From: Gonapodya sp. JEL0774
Lineage: Eukaryota
Direction of reading: 5' to 3'
Assembly (NCBI GenBank): GCA_027604505.1
Contig: JADIIX010000002.1
Location: forward strand, 310,001-374,000
DNA length: 64,000 bases
In this document: in pieces, positions 1-11,775 of the stretch
Position numbering within the stretch: the first letter of the stretch is position 1
Layout: every line of letters starts with the position of its first letter
Translations under genes and position numbers: made by a program
Notes under the pieces: generated by a model
Database searches by the model: none
The model's input: only the letters and a program-made list of their open reading frames with translations
What the model was told of the DNA's origin: nothing

Positions 1-588
1 TTGCGGGGCGGCAAGGGACCGTTGCACCAAACTACTATCCCTTTCCCGTGGGTTAATGTCGGTGTCACGCTCCGCAGAGTAGGTTGCAAGGGATTCACCA
101 AGACTCGCCGTTCTTGGACCAGCTACAACATGCGGAAAAAGGAAACCTTCGGCGCTTCGTGGTCCCTCTCCGTCGGATGGTGTTGCGGACGGTGGTCCGC
201 TGGGTTTGAGAGATGTGACTTTCAACTTTTTGATAGCGTTTATGATCCTCGCTCTATCCCCAACAGTGTGGATGTTCATTTGTTTGAGAGAATCGTAGCC
301 GAGATCCAGTAAGATGATTCCTGTGATGTTGTTCACTGGTGAAACCAAGCACAATTGGTCCACAGCGATCGGAGAGCGACGTGAGCCAACGCAGTTTCGA
401 TGATTGGACAGGTTGAGTCAAAAAATGGATGCAAATTGTCATGGTCCCATGCTTTACTCACTGATGAAAGCCTGCTTCCACTTCCCCAGTCCGTGCTCCT
501 CCAGCCAGGAGCCAACCTCCGTCTCCCCCCATTGCTGGATGCCTGCAAGATCGTTTATCACGAATCCCGGAATGTCTCGAACAGTCAT
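1..588 (-). CDS. N-terminal SAM-domain protein, 5' part only (continues off the window's left edge); Ste11/Byr2 MAPKKK- or Ste50-like candidate
   Basis: Manual translation: ATG at 588, MTVRDIPGFVINDLAGIQQWGETEVGSWLEEHGLGKWKQAFI, then a GTGAGT..CAG intron (about 461-337), then MNNITGIILLDLGYDSLKQMNIHTVGDRARIINAIKKL. This matches the SAM consensus. The frame stays open to position 1. Confidence 0.8.
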
Positions 589-720
589 GGCGGGGCCAGG
601 AGTGATCTGGCTCCACACACCGCATACAATTGGCCTCCAACGAACAACAGATACCTAATGTATCATCACGAATTTCTAGACTTTACAAATCTCGACGCTT
701 GGTTTAGTCAAACTAATTAC

Positions 721-2035
721 TCATTGCTTTTGCTTTTCGCGCAATTCTTCGATCTGCGATGGAGAAGTTGAGTAAGATTGTAGGACGTACATTTTTTCAG
801 AGAAGCGACCTTCAGCAAACCTGTCGTTTCACCGCATTGTTTCGCTCGGTGATACTCAAGTATAAGGGTGACACAATTCTATCCAAAATCTCAATCATAT
901 TGGTCGCATAGACTGAACTCGCGTAGAGGGCGTTCACCCTCTCAGCAGGATTTTGCATGTCGAGTACCAGAGCGTGGGAGGATGAAGCAGAATTGGACCG
1001 AAAACTCGAGCCTGATACCGACCACGTGCGTCCAGATATGGGCCGAGATTCGCGCTGGCTATCGGATTGCTTTCCGGTGGCTCGCTCGAAGTTACTCTGC
1101 TCATCATCGACAAACATACGTGGTAGAATAACCAGCTGTTCGAAAGAGTGTTGAGACATGCGCCAGTCCGGTAGGATGGTGGTGGGAACTTCGACCAGCC
1201 TGTGACCACAAAAGAGGTCAAGGATTTGGGTTCATTGAACGGGAACTATGACTCACGAAGGTGCGCCAACCTCATTCGGCGCCGATTGGAAGCTGATAAG
1301 TTGAATGCGATTGGATAGCTGCATGGGGCCGCACCATTCGTGGTCTGCGTGTGTGTGTATTGAAAGCTGCTGACAACGAAATCAACTTGCATCTGTGTCA
1401 CTGTTGAAACAAGAAATAATCAACCCAATCCATCGAGGATCCAATTGTTGCTGTCGTGGGGAGCGTCAGTTCGCTCACAACAGGAGGAGCTCGCATTACC
1501 TTAATCACCATGTTTAGTTGCGTTCGAAGGTCTGTGAACAAATAAAGGCAACCTTTCTCAGTTTGACAAGTGCTCCTCAGAACCATTTCGAAGTTCTACC
1601 TACCAACACTGGATGGCATCACAATAAGCCGGGGATGGGAATGTAACCAGCTGTCCCACAGAGCTCAGAGTGCGAGATTGTGAAGTAAAAATTACGCATG
1701 AGAACTTGCCCTACGACACGCATATTCAGCTTCTCTGCCTCTCCGATTGCGTTGGACAGAGTTTCCGGTGAAATCTCTACACGGTCCTTCCGTTTGTCAA
1801 GGCGTTTCACGATCGTTACAGCCTCAATGCGCACAATAGAGTCATTTGGATTCGATGGATCGTCTTCCCAGTTGCCGTAGAGAAGCGACATGACCTAGTT
1901 TCGGGTCAGAAACCTCACCCAATCTTTGAATTTATCGACCTGGACAAACCATACCTCTTCACGTTCTGTAGAAAGGGCATAGACCATATTAAAGTACACC
2001 ACAGGCGTGCTCACGTGCACTGCGGTGACGCCCAT
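721..2035 (-). CDS. BRCC3: BRCC36/BRCC3-like Lys63-specific JAMM/MPN+ deubiquitinase (multi-exon)
   Basis: Spliced reading: MGVTAVHV..YALSTEREE|VMSLLYG..RLDKRKDRVEISPE..MRVVG|WLHSHPRLIVMPSSV|DLRTQ..LDPRWIGLIISCFN..RIQLISFQS..LVILPRMF..coiled-coil IEELREKQKQ*. The JAMM motif E..HxH-x7-S-x2-D is intact, and the RxDKRKDRVEISPE signature is typical of BRCC36. Confidence 0.88.
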
Positions 2036-2212
2036 TTGTTAAACTTGGAAGGGAGGAATCGGCGTTCAGTTCACAATGTTTCACAACAGCGGGATTCGCT
2101 GACCACAGCATCCGGATTTCGGGACATGTTGGATTCTGCTGCAGGACTGATACACCCCTTTTGAAACCTCGACACCAAAAAAAAAAAACTCTGCTGCTTG
2201 ACGATTGCAAAT
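2036..2212. promoter_or_regulatory. Putative bidirectional promoter BRCC36 / PHS1, with a poly-A tract
   Basis: Divergent start codons 177 bp apart; poly-A run at about 2176-2188. Confidence 0.55.
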
Positions 2213-3221
2213 ATGTCTGTCTCTAAAGTTGAGAAGTGTGAGTGATCGAGCCTCTCGAATGGGTTGCTCGGCAGTAGATGTGTTGAATGTGTTGTCATCG
2301 TTCCCGGCAATTCATTCAAATCACAGCCAAAGGTCCCAATCCGTTCGTTCGCGCCTACCTTGTGGCCTACAATGTCGCATCTCTCGCCGGATGGGGCTAC
2401 ATGGTCTTCAAGACCGCCAAACATTTCCTCCTCGAAGGTGGAACAACCGTAGACGTCTTTGAGAAGACTGGAGAGCTCACCATCTGGGTTCAGACTGGAG
2501 CGTTGCTGGAGGTGAGTTGGAGAACTACCCTTTCCTTCCCAATCTCCCCGGTTCTGCTCATTGGCCCCATGCTCCTATAAGATTGTCCACTCCCTTGTTG
2601 GATTCGTCCGATCTCCCGTCGGCACGACGGCTACTCAAGTCTCGTCGCGGATTCTTCTGACTTGGGGTGTCTTGAAGCTGTTTGGAGACCGGCCTGAGGT
2701 GAGAGCCCGTGCGACAAGAGGAAGAGTCTTTGGTAGACACACCACTTGTCATTCTTAGGTCACCCAATACCCGGCATACACTTCCATGACCCTCGCATGG
2801 GGAATTACCGAGATCATTCGGTATTCGTACTACGCTCTGGGTCTCTTGGGCGATGGAATGATCCCCTCATTCCTCACCTGGGCCCGGTGAGTTCGTTTCC
2901 CATCCGACTTCAACTGTTCATTTTGAATGCTCAGTACACATGCATTTTAGATACACTACGTTCTTTGTTCTTTACCCCATTGGGGCGGGTTCCGAAGCCG
3001 CGCTCCTCTGGAGGTCCCTCCCCTTCGCTAAAGCATACTCTCCGGCACTCTACTACACGTACTTTGGAATCTTGGTTCTCTATCCTCCTGGTAAGCTCGC
3101 TTGTGAGCGCTCTTGAGCTTCGTAAGTTAACCTCGTCCTCCCAGGCTTGCTGCAAATGTACACGTACATGATTGGCCAGCGAGCAAAAGTTTTGGGTGGG
3201 GCAGCGAAGAAGACGAACTAA
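2213..3221 (+). CDS. PHS1: Very-long-chain 3-hydroxyacyl-CoA dehydratase (PHS1/HACD/PTPLA family)
   Basis: YLVAYN..GW, VQTGALLE|IVHSLVGFVRSP..T..QVSSR, AWGITEIIRYSYY, TWAR|YTTFFVLYPIGAGSE, MYTYMIGQRAKVL. The C-terminus KKTN* is a KKxx ER-retrieval motif. Confidence 0.92.
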
Positions 3222-3482
3222 GTTTCCAGTTTCCATACGAAGCATTCCAAATTGTGCGAAATACAACATTCTGCTCATATTTAATCCTGCGAGGATGGCC
3301 TGACTTCGCTCAGGCACAACTTACGATCTCTTCACTGATTGCGGAACAGCTTCGTGACTAGAGCACAAACTGACAACCAGCTCCCCACCGAGACCGATCA
3401 TACTTGTACAACATAAATACCCTGTGTGTGAAAAGGTGGCAAGTCAAGCCCGCTCGAATCGGAGAACCGGGCTCGTCCAATT

Positions 3483-6400
3483 ATGACTTTCGAATCCGTT
3501 TGCGAGCACTCAGAAGCCGCATATCGAGCAAGCGAGCTCATTCTCGGCTTTCTTCAAAGCCGTTCAAAAATTGAAGCCGAGTACTCCAAAAGCTTAGCGA
3601 AACTGGCCCAATCAAGTCAGCAGATCGATGAACTCTTTTGTTCTCGACTAATGAAGCAAGGAAGTGGAAATGCTCTGAGTTCACTCCTTCCTCGCCTGTC
3701 ATCAACACAAATGGGACTGAAAGAGGAGAAAGACAAGGGTGTCGGTGCATGGAAAGAGGTCTTGAAAGCCAGCTCGTTGTGGACAGGTTTCAAAGAAGTC
3801 CTCAACAAGACTGATCAATTGTCGGTCACTCATGTGAGTTTTGCTTTATGTACGGGGTTAAAGGGAAAGAGAAGGTTACCATGGATTGTTATAGAGGAAT
3901 GTCGCTCTAGGGATAGAAAGTACAGCGGCGTCACTCGAAAGCTACATTCGACAGTTCAATGAAAATCGTCGTGCCATGGTCGACGTGGGTCGAGGATTCC
4001 AAGATCAACTACAGGAACATTACACGGAGTTAAAGAAGGCCAAGACTCAAGTCCAGGACATCCAACAGAAAGTGAATGTGATCAAGGAAAGATCAGGTCC
4101 CGAGTCCGTTAAAGTCTGTGCTGTTGCGAATATGACATGGAAGCTCCACTCTGACATTCTAATGCATTCTCCAGACTCAAGTAAAACATGCCGCGACACA
4201 AGACAAACTTGAAGAGGCAATCCGAGCTATGCAGTTGGCAGAAGCTTCTGCGACAGACGCGCAAACTCGATACTTTTCGGTTTCGATGCCGACTTTGCTC
4301 GGTGTGTTCAAAGAAAGAGTCAAAGACTGTTGCGGTTTCATCGAAACTTATACACTTCTGGCTAACTATATGGGTTTTACTTTCGAAGGCAAGTTCGCCG
4401 TGGAAGAAGAGCGACGATGTCTCACGGTAAAGAATACTCTATTGGAGTACCATCGGACAGTTAAATTCTACCAAGAGGTTCAGACTCGAATTGTTGACTC
4501 TCTGGGTGAAATGCTGGATGGAATTGACGGACGAGAAGATCTTGAAACCTTTCTGGAAATGCATGTCAACACTGAAGAGCTGCAAGACCACAAAATCTCA
4601 GCTCGGACGTTGATTAATCCGAAAATTTCCGGTCGCGTCGATGTCGCGTCATCTGACGATGAATCGTGGAAACCGCGATTTTTGGTTTTGATGGGAGAGG
4701 AAAAGAGGCTGTATTGCTTCAATGCCGAGGATTCTGATAAACCGAGATTCATCGTGGATCTTTCTCGTCGTGTTCATGTGTCACCCCTTGACGAGAGTCT
4801 TTTTGCAAAGCCGCACTGCCTCCAACTTGTGGTTGATACATCAGACTACAATGACTTTAAGAACAGAACAGTCACGACCACCGCTTCCCCACAACGTTCG
4901 CTGGTCATATACCTCAATGTGGAGACAGATGCTCAGAGACATCTGTGGATCGAAGCGCTTCGCGAAATGAGCGCTTGTTGTGATGGATGTGCCGGCGGTT
5001 CTTTGTCTCGGCAGAGTACGGCAAACAGCAACTCCAAATCTGCTGCTCCTCCAGATGGCGTTCACGCTGAGAAGTACAAAACGACTCGAAGCATTGATAT
5101 CAAGGTGCTGGAAGCGAAGGACATATCGGGACTTCCCATGGAGATATACTGCATGATTCTACTCAACGACTTGAAGAGAGCGAAGACGAGGGCCTGTCAT
5201 GGTGCAAATCCGTTCTGGGGCGAGACGTATCTCTTCGAGGAGGTTTCACCCTGCACTCGAAAGCTCAAATTTGTGTTGTACTCTCGCCAAAAGCTAAGCA
5301 AGGACCAAGAAATCGGATTTGTAAGCATCAATCTCCTTAAATTGAAGTCTCGTCAGAAGGTAGAAGACTGGTTTCCGGTAGCGCCAGCCAACGGCGGTGA
5401 GAGTGCTTCCGACAACCTCGCCTCCCTCCGATTGTCCATTACCCTACTAAATGAGGTGCGGCAGTTTACACTCGCGAATAGAGACCTATTAATGCACCCA
5501 TCTTTGACAGTGCGTGCTCCCTCAGTCCGAGTATTTGCGGTTCGTTGAAATCGTGACAGAGCCTCGAGCCACGTGTATTCAAGTCTTGGCACAAGTTAAT
5601 TCAAAACGAGAAGATCTCGCAAAGACGGTGGGTGCTTTCGAAGTGGAGCCGCTTCGCTCTGGTTATGTGATGGTAGTTTGGACCCAAAGTTTGTCAATAT
5701 TCTGATGGCGCAAGGCAAAGAGACTCAGATTCTGGCTTTTATAACGTCAGAAGAGATTAGGAGAACTGGTGAGCTGTAATTATATCAAGTTGCCTGTCTT
5801 CCTTTCTCTTATATGTTCACAGATGATCCAAACGTCCTCTTTCGAGCCAACTCTTTGGCAAGTAAAGGTATGGTAGTCAACATGTAACTCCCTTCAGATT
5901 CTCTCCTGACTTGGTGACGAAACGGGTGGCTATAGCACTTGACGTGTTTCTCAAGATTGTCGCAGCTGATTACCTGAAAACGACAATCGGAAGTCTGATT
6001 AAGACAATTTACAAAAATGCTCGTGAATCTCTCGAAGTGAGCGCTTTGAAATCGATTACCCTGCGAGCCTCTCTGAACTGGGTCTCCTCCATAAGATCGA
6101 TCCCACCAGAGTTTCGGATGCGACGGAGATCAAGCGACGGTGGCAGAAACTGCTAGCTTATTGCAGTTCTTTTGCGACAGCCATTTTCCGCTCAGTAGAG
6201 GCTGTTCCCCCTCAACTGCGCGTGATTTTTTCAGAGATGGCTTATGCAGCGGCTGATACATTTCCTGACACTATGGAAATCAAATATCGTGCGATCAGCG
6301 CGTTCATTTTCCTCAGGTTTTTCTGCGCCGCAATTCTATCTCCAAAGCTCTTCGGTTTGGCAAATCAGCATCCGGATCCAACCTTGGGAAGGAATTTGAC

Positions 6401-7396
6401 ATTGATTGCCAAAATTGTGCAGAACCTTGCCTCCCTCACCTTGTTTGAAGCGAAAGAACCTCACATGTGCGATGCAAATGAATTCATATCTGAGAATATG
6501 ATGGAAATGAGAGTGTTTCTTGATAAAATCGCGGTGAGTGAGCGAAGGGGCTGTCTTCGGTGAACTCTTTGTTATCTTGCCTGCCTCTGATTACATCTGG
6601 CGCGAAGGTTCCTCTTCCGCACTTACCTAAACCTCTGCACGGACTTCTACAGGATTCTCAAATCCGCGTAGATCTTGGACGCGAATTGGAGCACTTATAT
6701 TTTTTCTTCCTGGATTCGCTTGAGGAGTTGAAGCTGGCCGCTGGAAAGCAAATTCGGCTCCTCTCCACAAACACCGATGCTACTAAGAAGACCAATCGGT
6801 CTCAGTTTCTTTTCGCCCATCAAGAGGCGTCCGAAGTGGCCTCCACAATGTCGCGCCTGTATTCGACATTGGCAGACCTGCAAGTAAAGCACGAGGAATG
6901 GGAAGAACGGCGAACCGCTTTTACCAACACTGGCGATTATGGTACTTCAGGGGGCAAGTTGGTACTGCAGCTGCCAATGATTCACTTGGACTCCAACATT
7001 GTTCAAGGCAGTGACTCAGCTGCCAACATCGAACAATCACCGTCCACAATTCCGAGCGATGACGTTCCCTCACCACCAAATCAAAATCGCAACACTTCTC
7101 GAACCCGATTCGGTGGCATGATGGTTCGAGATCCGGATACGGGAAAGCTTCTCGGTGCAGTCGTTCCCACGCAACACGCGCGATCCCAGTCTGCATCGCT
7201 GGCACCCCCTCCACTCCCTGGCACCACGCCTATCTCAAATAATACTACTCAAACCTCCCCTATAAGTCCGCACCCTCCGTTCATCCCGGGAAAACCGCGG
7301 AAGTCGTCTTCGACCGCGGTTCTCCCAGTTGGGAGTGGACACGGGGACTTCTCAGATCTTTTTAAATTGTTTGCCAAAGATAAAGATAAATATTAG
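3483..7396 (+). CDS. Ras GTPase-activating protein with F-BAR, PH, C2 and RasGAP domains
   Basis: FCH/F-BAR motif FLQSRSKIEAEYSKSLAKL; PH domain (WKPRFLVL..LYCF..W-IEAL); C2 domain (IKVLEAKDI..NPFWGETYLF..IGFVSINL..WFPV); arginine finger DPNVLFRANSLASK (about 5825-5866); RasGAP signature FIFLRFFCAAILSPKLF. Confidence 0.9.
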
Positions 7397-7585
7397 CACC
7401 TACAGCACACTGCATCAAATAAATTGTCATTGGAGTGCAGCTCATAAAAATAGTTGGACCTCTGTGGCTTTGGTCATAGAGTTTCGTTCGGTCCTCTCAT
7501 CCCGATGAATGAGTGCGTTCCGACACTCCTTTCGTCGAGAAGTTGCAAAAACTCCGCAGCTCGTCAATTTTACACGAGAAAATTC

Positions 7586-10346
7586 ATGGCAACGGATATT
7601 CCACCGCCTGTGTGCACGATCGAGGAGGCAAACAGATTAATCACTGCCCCGGGTGGCCCGTTCGAAACGGAAGGTTTGGAAACCACCATTGTTTAGCTCC
7701 GACGTGCGAAGTATCAACGCTTGAATTCTCAGAGATTGCGATTAGGGGGCTTCCTTACACGGTTTGGAAGAATGCGCTCCCGAAGTGAGTGACGGCAGGA
7801 ACTGGAATCCGAGCAGTGTTTTCACCCGAGTCCGACTAGCATTGCGGAAGTGTGGAAGCAAAGCAAACAGTTCAGCGAGAGAGACTACCTTACTTATACA
7901 GGTGATTGTTGGCTTTGCGAGTATCACTCATTCGGGAGGTTCCTCATTCTCGCTGTTAGATCCATTCACAAATCAAACTACCGCGTATACATACGGAGAG
8001 GCACATCGTACTGTCGGATTGATCTGTAGCAGTCTTTTGCGAGTCTTTGGGGTTTCAAAGGGGGACAAAATCACTATTTGTAGCCGCAACAACCCAGAAT
8101 GGGTTCTGTGGTGGTGGAGCATATTCTGCTCAGGGGCAATTGCCGTTCCAGTCAATTCATGGCTTCTGGGAGAGGAGATGGAGGTGGGTACGGGCTAAGA
8201 ACCCGGGGGTGGAAGCGGGGGAGAGGCGTGGGGGGGAAAGGAGGTGCTCGTTTCTTCAACAGTTGTGCTCCTGAGCTTATACTTTCTCTAAATTTCCATT
8301 TTGATTAGTACTGCATAACGTTGGCGGATACGAAAGTTCTTGTCGTGGATCCTGAACGACTCGATCGGCTTCTCCCTCTCCTGCCCAAGCTCCGGAAAGC
8401 TGGCTTGAAGCACATTGTGTTGGTTCGTGGTGGTAAAAGCAGCTCAAAGTACTCGGGGATTCCGGAGGTCAGGACAATGGAGAGCATTTTGAATCAGGAG
8501 GAAAATTTTCTGGGTTCTCCTAAGGAAGTCCAACTTCCCGAAATCGCTGTGGATCCCGATGATGAGGCAACAATCTTGTTCACCTCTGGTACAACAGGGT
8601 TCCCAAAAGGTGGGATCTGTATGTCATGAGACTTTAAAGTTGATTCTTCAGCCGCAGAACCGATTTAGGTGCCCTTGGAACCCATCGCAACTTCTGCACG
8701 AATCTAATCAATGTCACCATGGCGACCGTTCGAAGTTTTGTGCGCCGCGGTGAGGAGCTACCTGCACCGGACCCATCTGTGCAAAAAGTATTCTTGATAC
8801 CGGTGCCATTCTTGTTCGTGGTCTTTGGCTTTCGTTTGCGATCTTCTTGTTTGTGATATGGTTTTAACCAATTTTACAGTCATGTCACCGGTTGCTTTTC
8901 CGTAATTGGCAAGTAGAATTGTGAAGATACTCCTTAAGCCAAGCAGCAAGTTTACTCAAGTGGTACACTCTTACTTCCTTCTTCTTCTTCTTTTTTTTTT
9001 TTTTTTTTTTGTGTTAGGGCCCGTCACCCTTGCCGGATCAAAGCTGGTCATAATGTACAAGTGGAACAGGTAGGTTTGGTGTTAAATTGATTTCAAAAGA
9101 ATCCATGTGCAGGATCCTTCAGATGGATTATTTTGACATCCGTGTGTTTCCCTCTCCGAAATCATAAACTAGCACTGAGGCCCTGGGATTGATCCAAAAG
9201 CACCGAGTCACCGGCATGACGTCCGTGCCCTCGCAAGCAATCCAGCTTCTCGAACACGAAGATCTGGACAAATATGACGTTTCCTCACTCGGTAAGATTC
9301 CGGGAGAATGTTAACAATGTGCACAAATTCATATTGTACCTGTGTTCCGCTCAGAATCGTGGGGTATCGGAGGAGCGACATCACCCGCCGAGATGGTTGG
9401 CAAGTTCAGGGGGACTATCACAGCACGAACTCCCACAAAGACCACCCCAGGGAACGGCTACGGTGCGACCGAAACCTCTTCAGTCGCATGCTCGAATGGA
9501 GGAGAGGATTATCTTCGGAAACCAACTTCTGTGGGGGTGGTTCCGCCCGTCAACAAGGTCAAGATCGTGAACCCAGACACGCTCCATGAGCTGGGAGTCG
9601 GTGATATTGGAGAGATTTGGCTTTATGGTTGGTCTGTTGTTGTGGTTGTTTCTTGCTGTTCGAGTCTGTAATTTGGCATACTCATCGATCAGGTCCCAAC
9701 GTGATAAAAGGATACTACAAGGACCCCAAGAAGACCGCTGAAACATTTCCTGGAGGGTGGTACAGGTGAGACTACCAGTTAAGGAGTTCCAAACTTGTAC
9801 TCGAGTTGTGGGCTTTTAGGACAGGTGACGTGGGTCGCGTTGACGAGGAAGGGTTTGTTTATGTTCTCGACAGAGTTAAAGACATGATTATTCGAGGAGG
9901 GGAAAACGTGAGTACACCGCTGTAGTTTTACGAAAGCTGAACTCCAATCACTCTCCCAAACAGATTTACACAGCCGAGGTCGAGAACGCAATCCTTGCTC
10001 ACCCGGCCGTTCTCGATGTTGCAGTTGTTCCAATCCCGCATCGAGTATTAGGCGAAGAAGTAGCTGCGGTTGTGCAGGTCAAGGAAGGCTTTGAGGTTAC
10101 TCCTGACGTAATTATCGCGCACTGTCGCACTAGACTTGCTGCATTCAAGGTGGGAGTTGTTGGATGATGGTTGAGAGGCAGTTACATCAAGCAAGCCCAC
10201 TAAGCCCTCATGTTTTGGTATGTCAGGTGCCCGTGTTCGTGGATCTGCGAATGGAAGAGCTGCCTAAAAATGCAAATGGAAAGGCGTTGAAGCGTGAGAT
10301 GAAGGTGGAGCTAGCGGAGAAAGCAGCTTTAAGGTCGAAGTTGTAG
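7586..10346 (+). CDS. Acyl-CoA synthetase / AMP-binding ANL enzyme, predicted peroxisomal (PTS1)
   Basis: A3 motif [58 protein letters not shown]. The protein ends in SKL*. Many short introns. Confidence 0.92.
8909..9017 (+). other. GC-AG intron in the acyl-CoA synthetase gene, containing a (CTT)n plus poly-T tract
   Basis: The frame [19 protein letters not shown] needs a phase-1 donor. The donor G|GCAAGT at 8909 fits; the two nearest GT donors are phase 0 or 2. Confidence 0.75.
8975..9010 (+). repeat. Intronic (CTT)n followed by T20 homopolymer
   Basis: Read directly from the sequence. Confidence 0.9.
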
Positions 10347-10626
10347 CGTGGGCTGTCAAGAATTGCGAAGGATGCGCACGAGGCCGCCGGGAGAAGAGAG
10401 AGCCGAAGTATTACTGATGCAAAATACATAGGCCGAAAATCGATCCTCAATGACGGATAAACGGGACTCAAATCAGCCGGTTGCGAGAAGTCTTTGATGA
10501 GCGTGAAGCAGGAACATCATCATTCTTCCTTCCAATTTATTTGCATTCCGACCACAAAAGGACCACGAAACTCTTCCTGATACGGATCACTTCCAATCAC
10601 AAACTTCCGAATCGAGCGAGAAAACG

Positions 10627-11742
10627 ATGTCATCCACAAAGGGATTGGTGATTGTCATTGGCGTTGGACCAGGGTGAGTTTCCCCGAAGACTTGTGTACA
10701 GCGAAGATGACGAAAGTTCTTGACGGTCCGTTCTAGCATCGGAGCAGCGGTATCTCGAAAGTTTGCTCAAATGGGGCATCCTGTTGCAATGATGGCGAGA
10801 ACTACGAAGTTTATGGAAGGTGACGGCATGTTGCTTCCACTTCCTACAATATGAGGATTCAATTCCAAACTCCCCGCACACGTTACATATCTAGATATTC
10901 ACAAAGAAATTAATGCTTCTGGTGGACGAGTGAGTTTGAGTCAAGACAATCGGCTTCTGTTCCTAAATTCTCACTAGTCACATGTTGCATCATCAATCTC
11001 CGTTGCGTTGATCAACCTAAACTATCACCGTAGAGCTTTATGGTTCTCACCGATTGTACGCAGCCCGAGACGCTCAAGCAATCCATTGCCGAGGCTCGTA
11101 CAAAAGTGTCTCCGGAGACACCTTTGGATTGCTTGGTGTACAATGCCGCCGCTCGAATCGAGATGCCTTTCATGCAGCTCGGGGAGCGTCACATGGAGAC
11201 TTCCTACCGGCTGAATGTTCTGGTGAGTAGTAGTAGCGTTGTGACGTGGGTGCCACGGCTCAGATTCAATGTTCAAATATTGATTTGTCTCCCAGGCACC
11301 CTTTGTATGTGCACAAGTGGTGGTTCCCATAATGCAAAAGCAAGGGTTCGGGGCAATCCTTATCACTGGTGCCACCGCTTCTATTCGCGCCAACCCCCAT
11401 TTCGTCGCATTCGCTTCCACCAAGCACGCCAAGCGCGCACTCGCTGGGAGTCTCGCTAAGGAAGTGGGAGCGTTGGGAATCCATGTAGCTCATTTCATCA
11501 TAGATGGGGCGGTGTCGAACTCGAGAATTCGCCACATGTTTCCGGGACGGGACTGGGGTGCGGCGGATCGGAGTATGAGTCCCGACGCCATTGCAGGTGA
11601 GTCTTGCCAAACTTTTGATGATTCCACATGAAACGCGTTAGCTAATCAAGTCGGAACAGACACTTACTACCACGTGTTTGCTCAGGACCGAAGCTCGTGG
11701 ACTTTTGAAGTTGACCTCAGACCATTCCAAGAGAAATTTTAA
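10627..11742 (+). CDS. Short-chain dehydrogenase/reductase (atypical subgroup with FxxxK active site)
   Basis: VIVIGVGPG|IGAAVSRKFA, LVYNAA, ILITGATASIR, AFASTKHAKRALAGSLAKE..GIHVAHFIIDG, WTFEVDLRPFQEKF*. Confidence 0.88.
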
Positions 11743-11775
11743 AATTTACAGGAGTGTCTTGTATATAAGAAAGCA

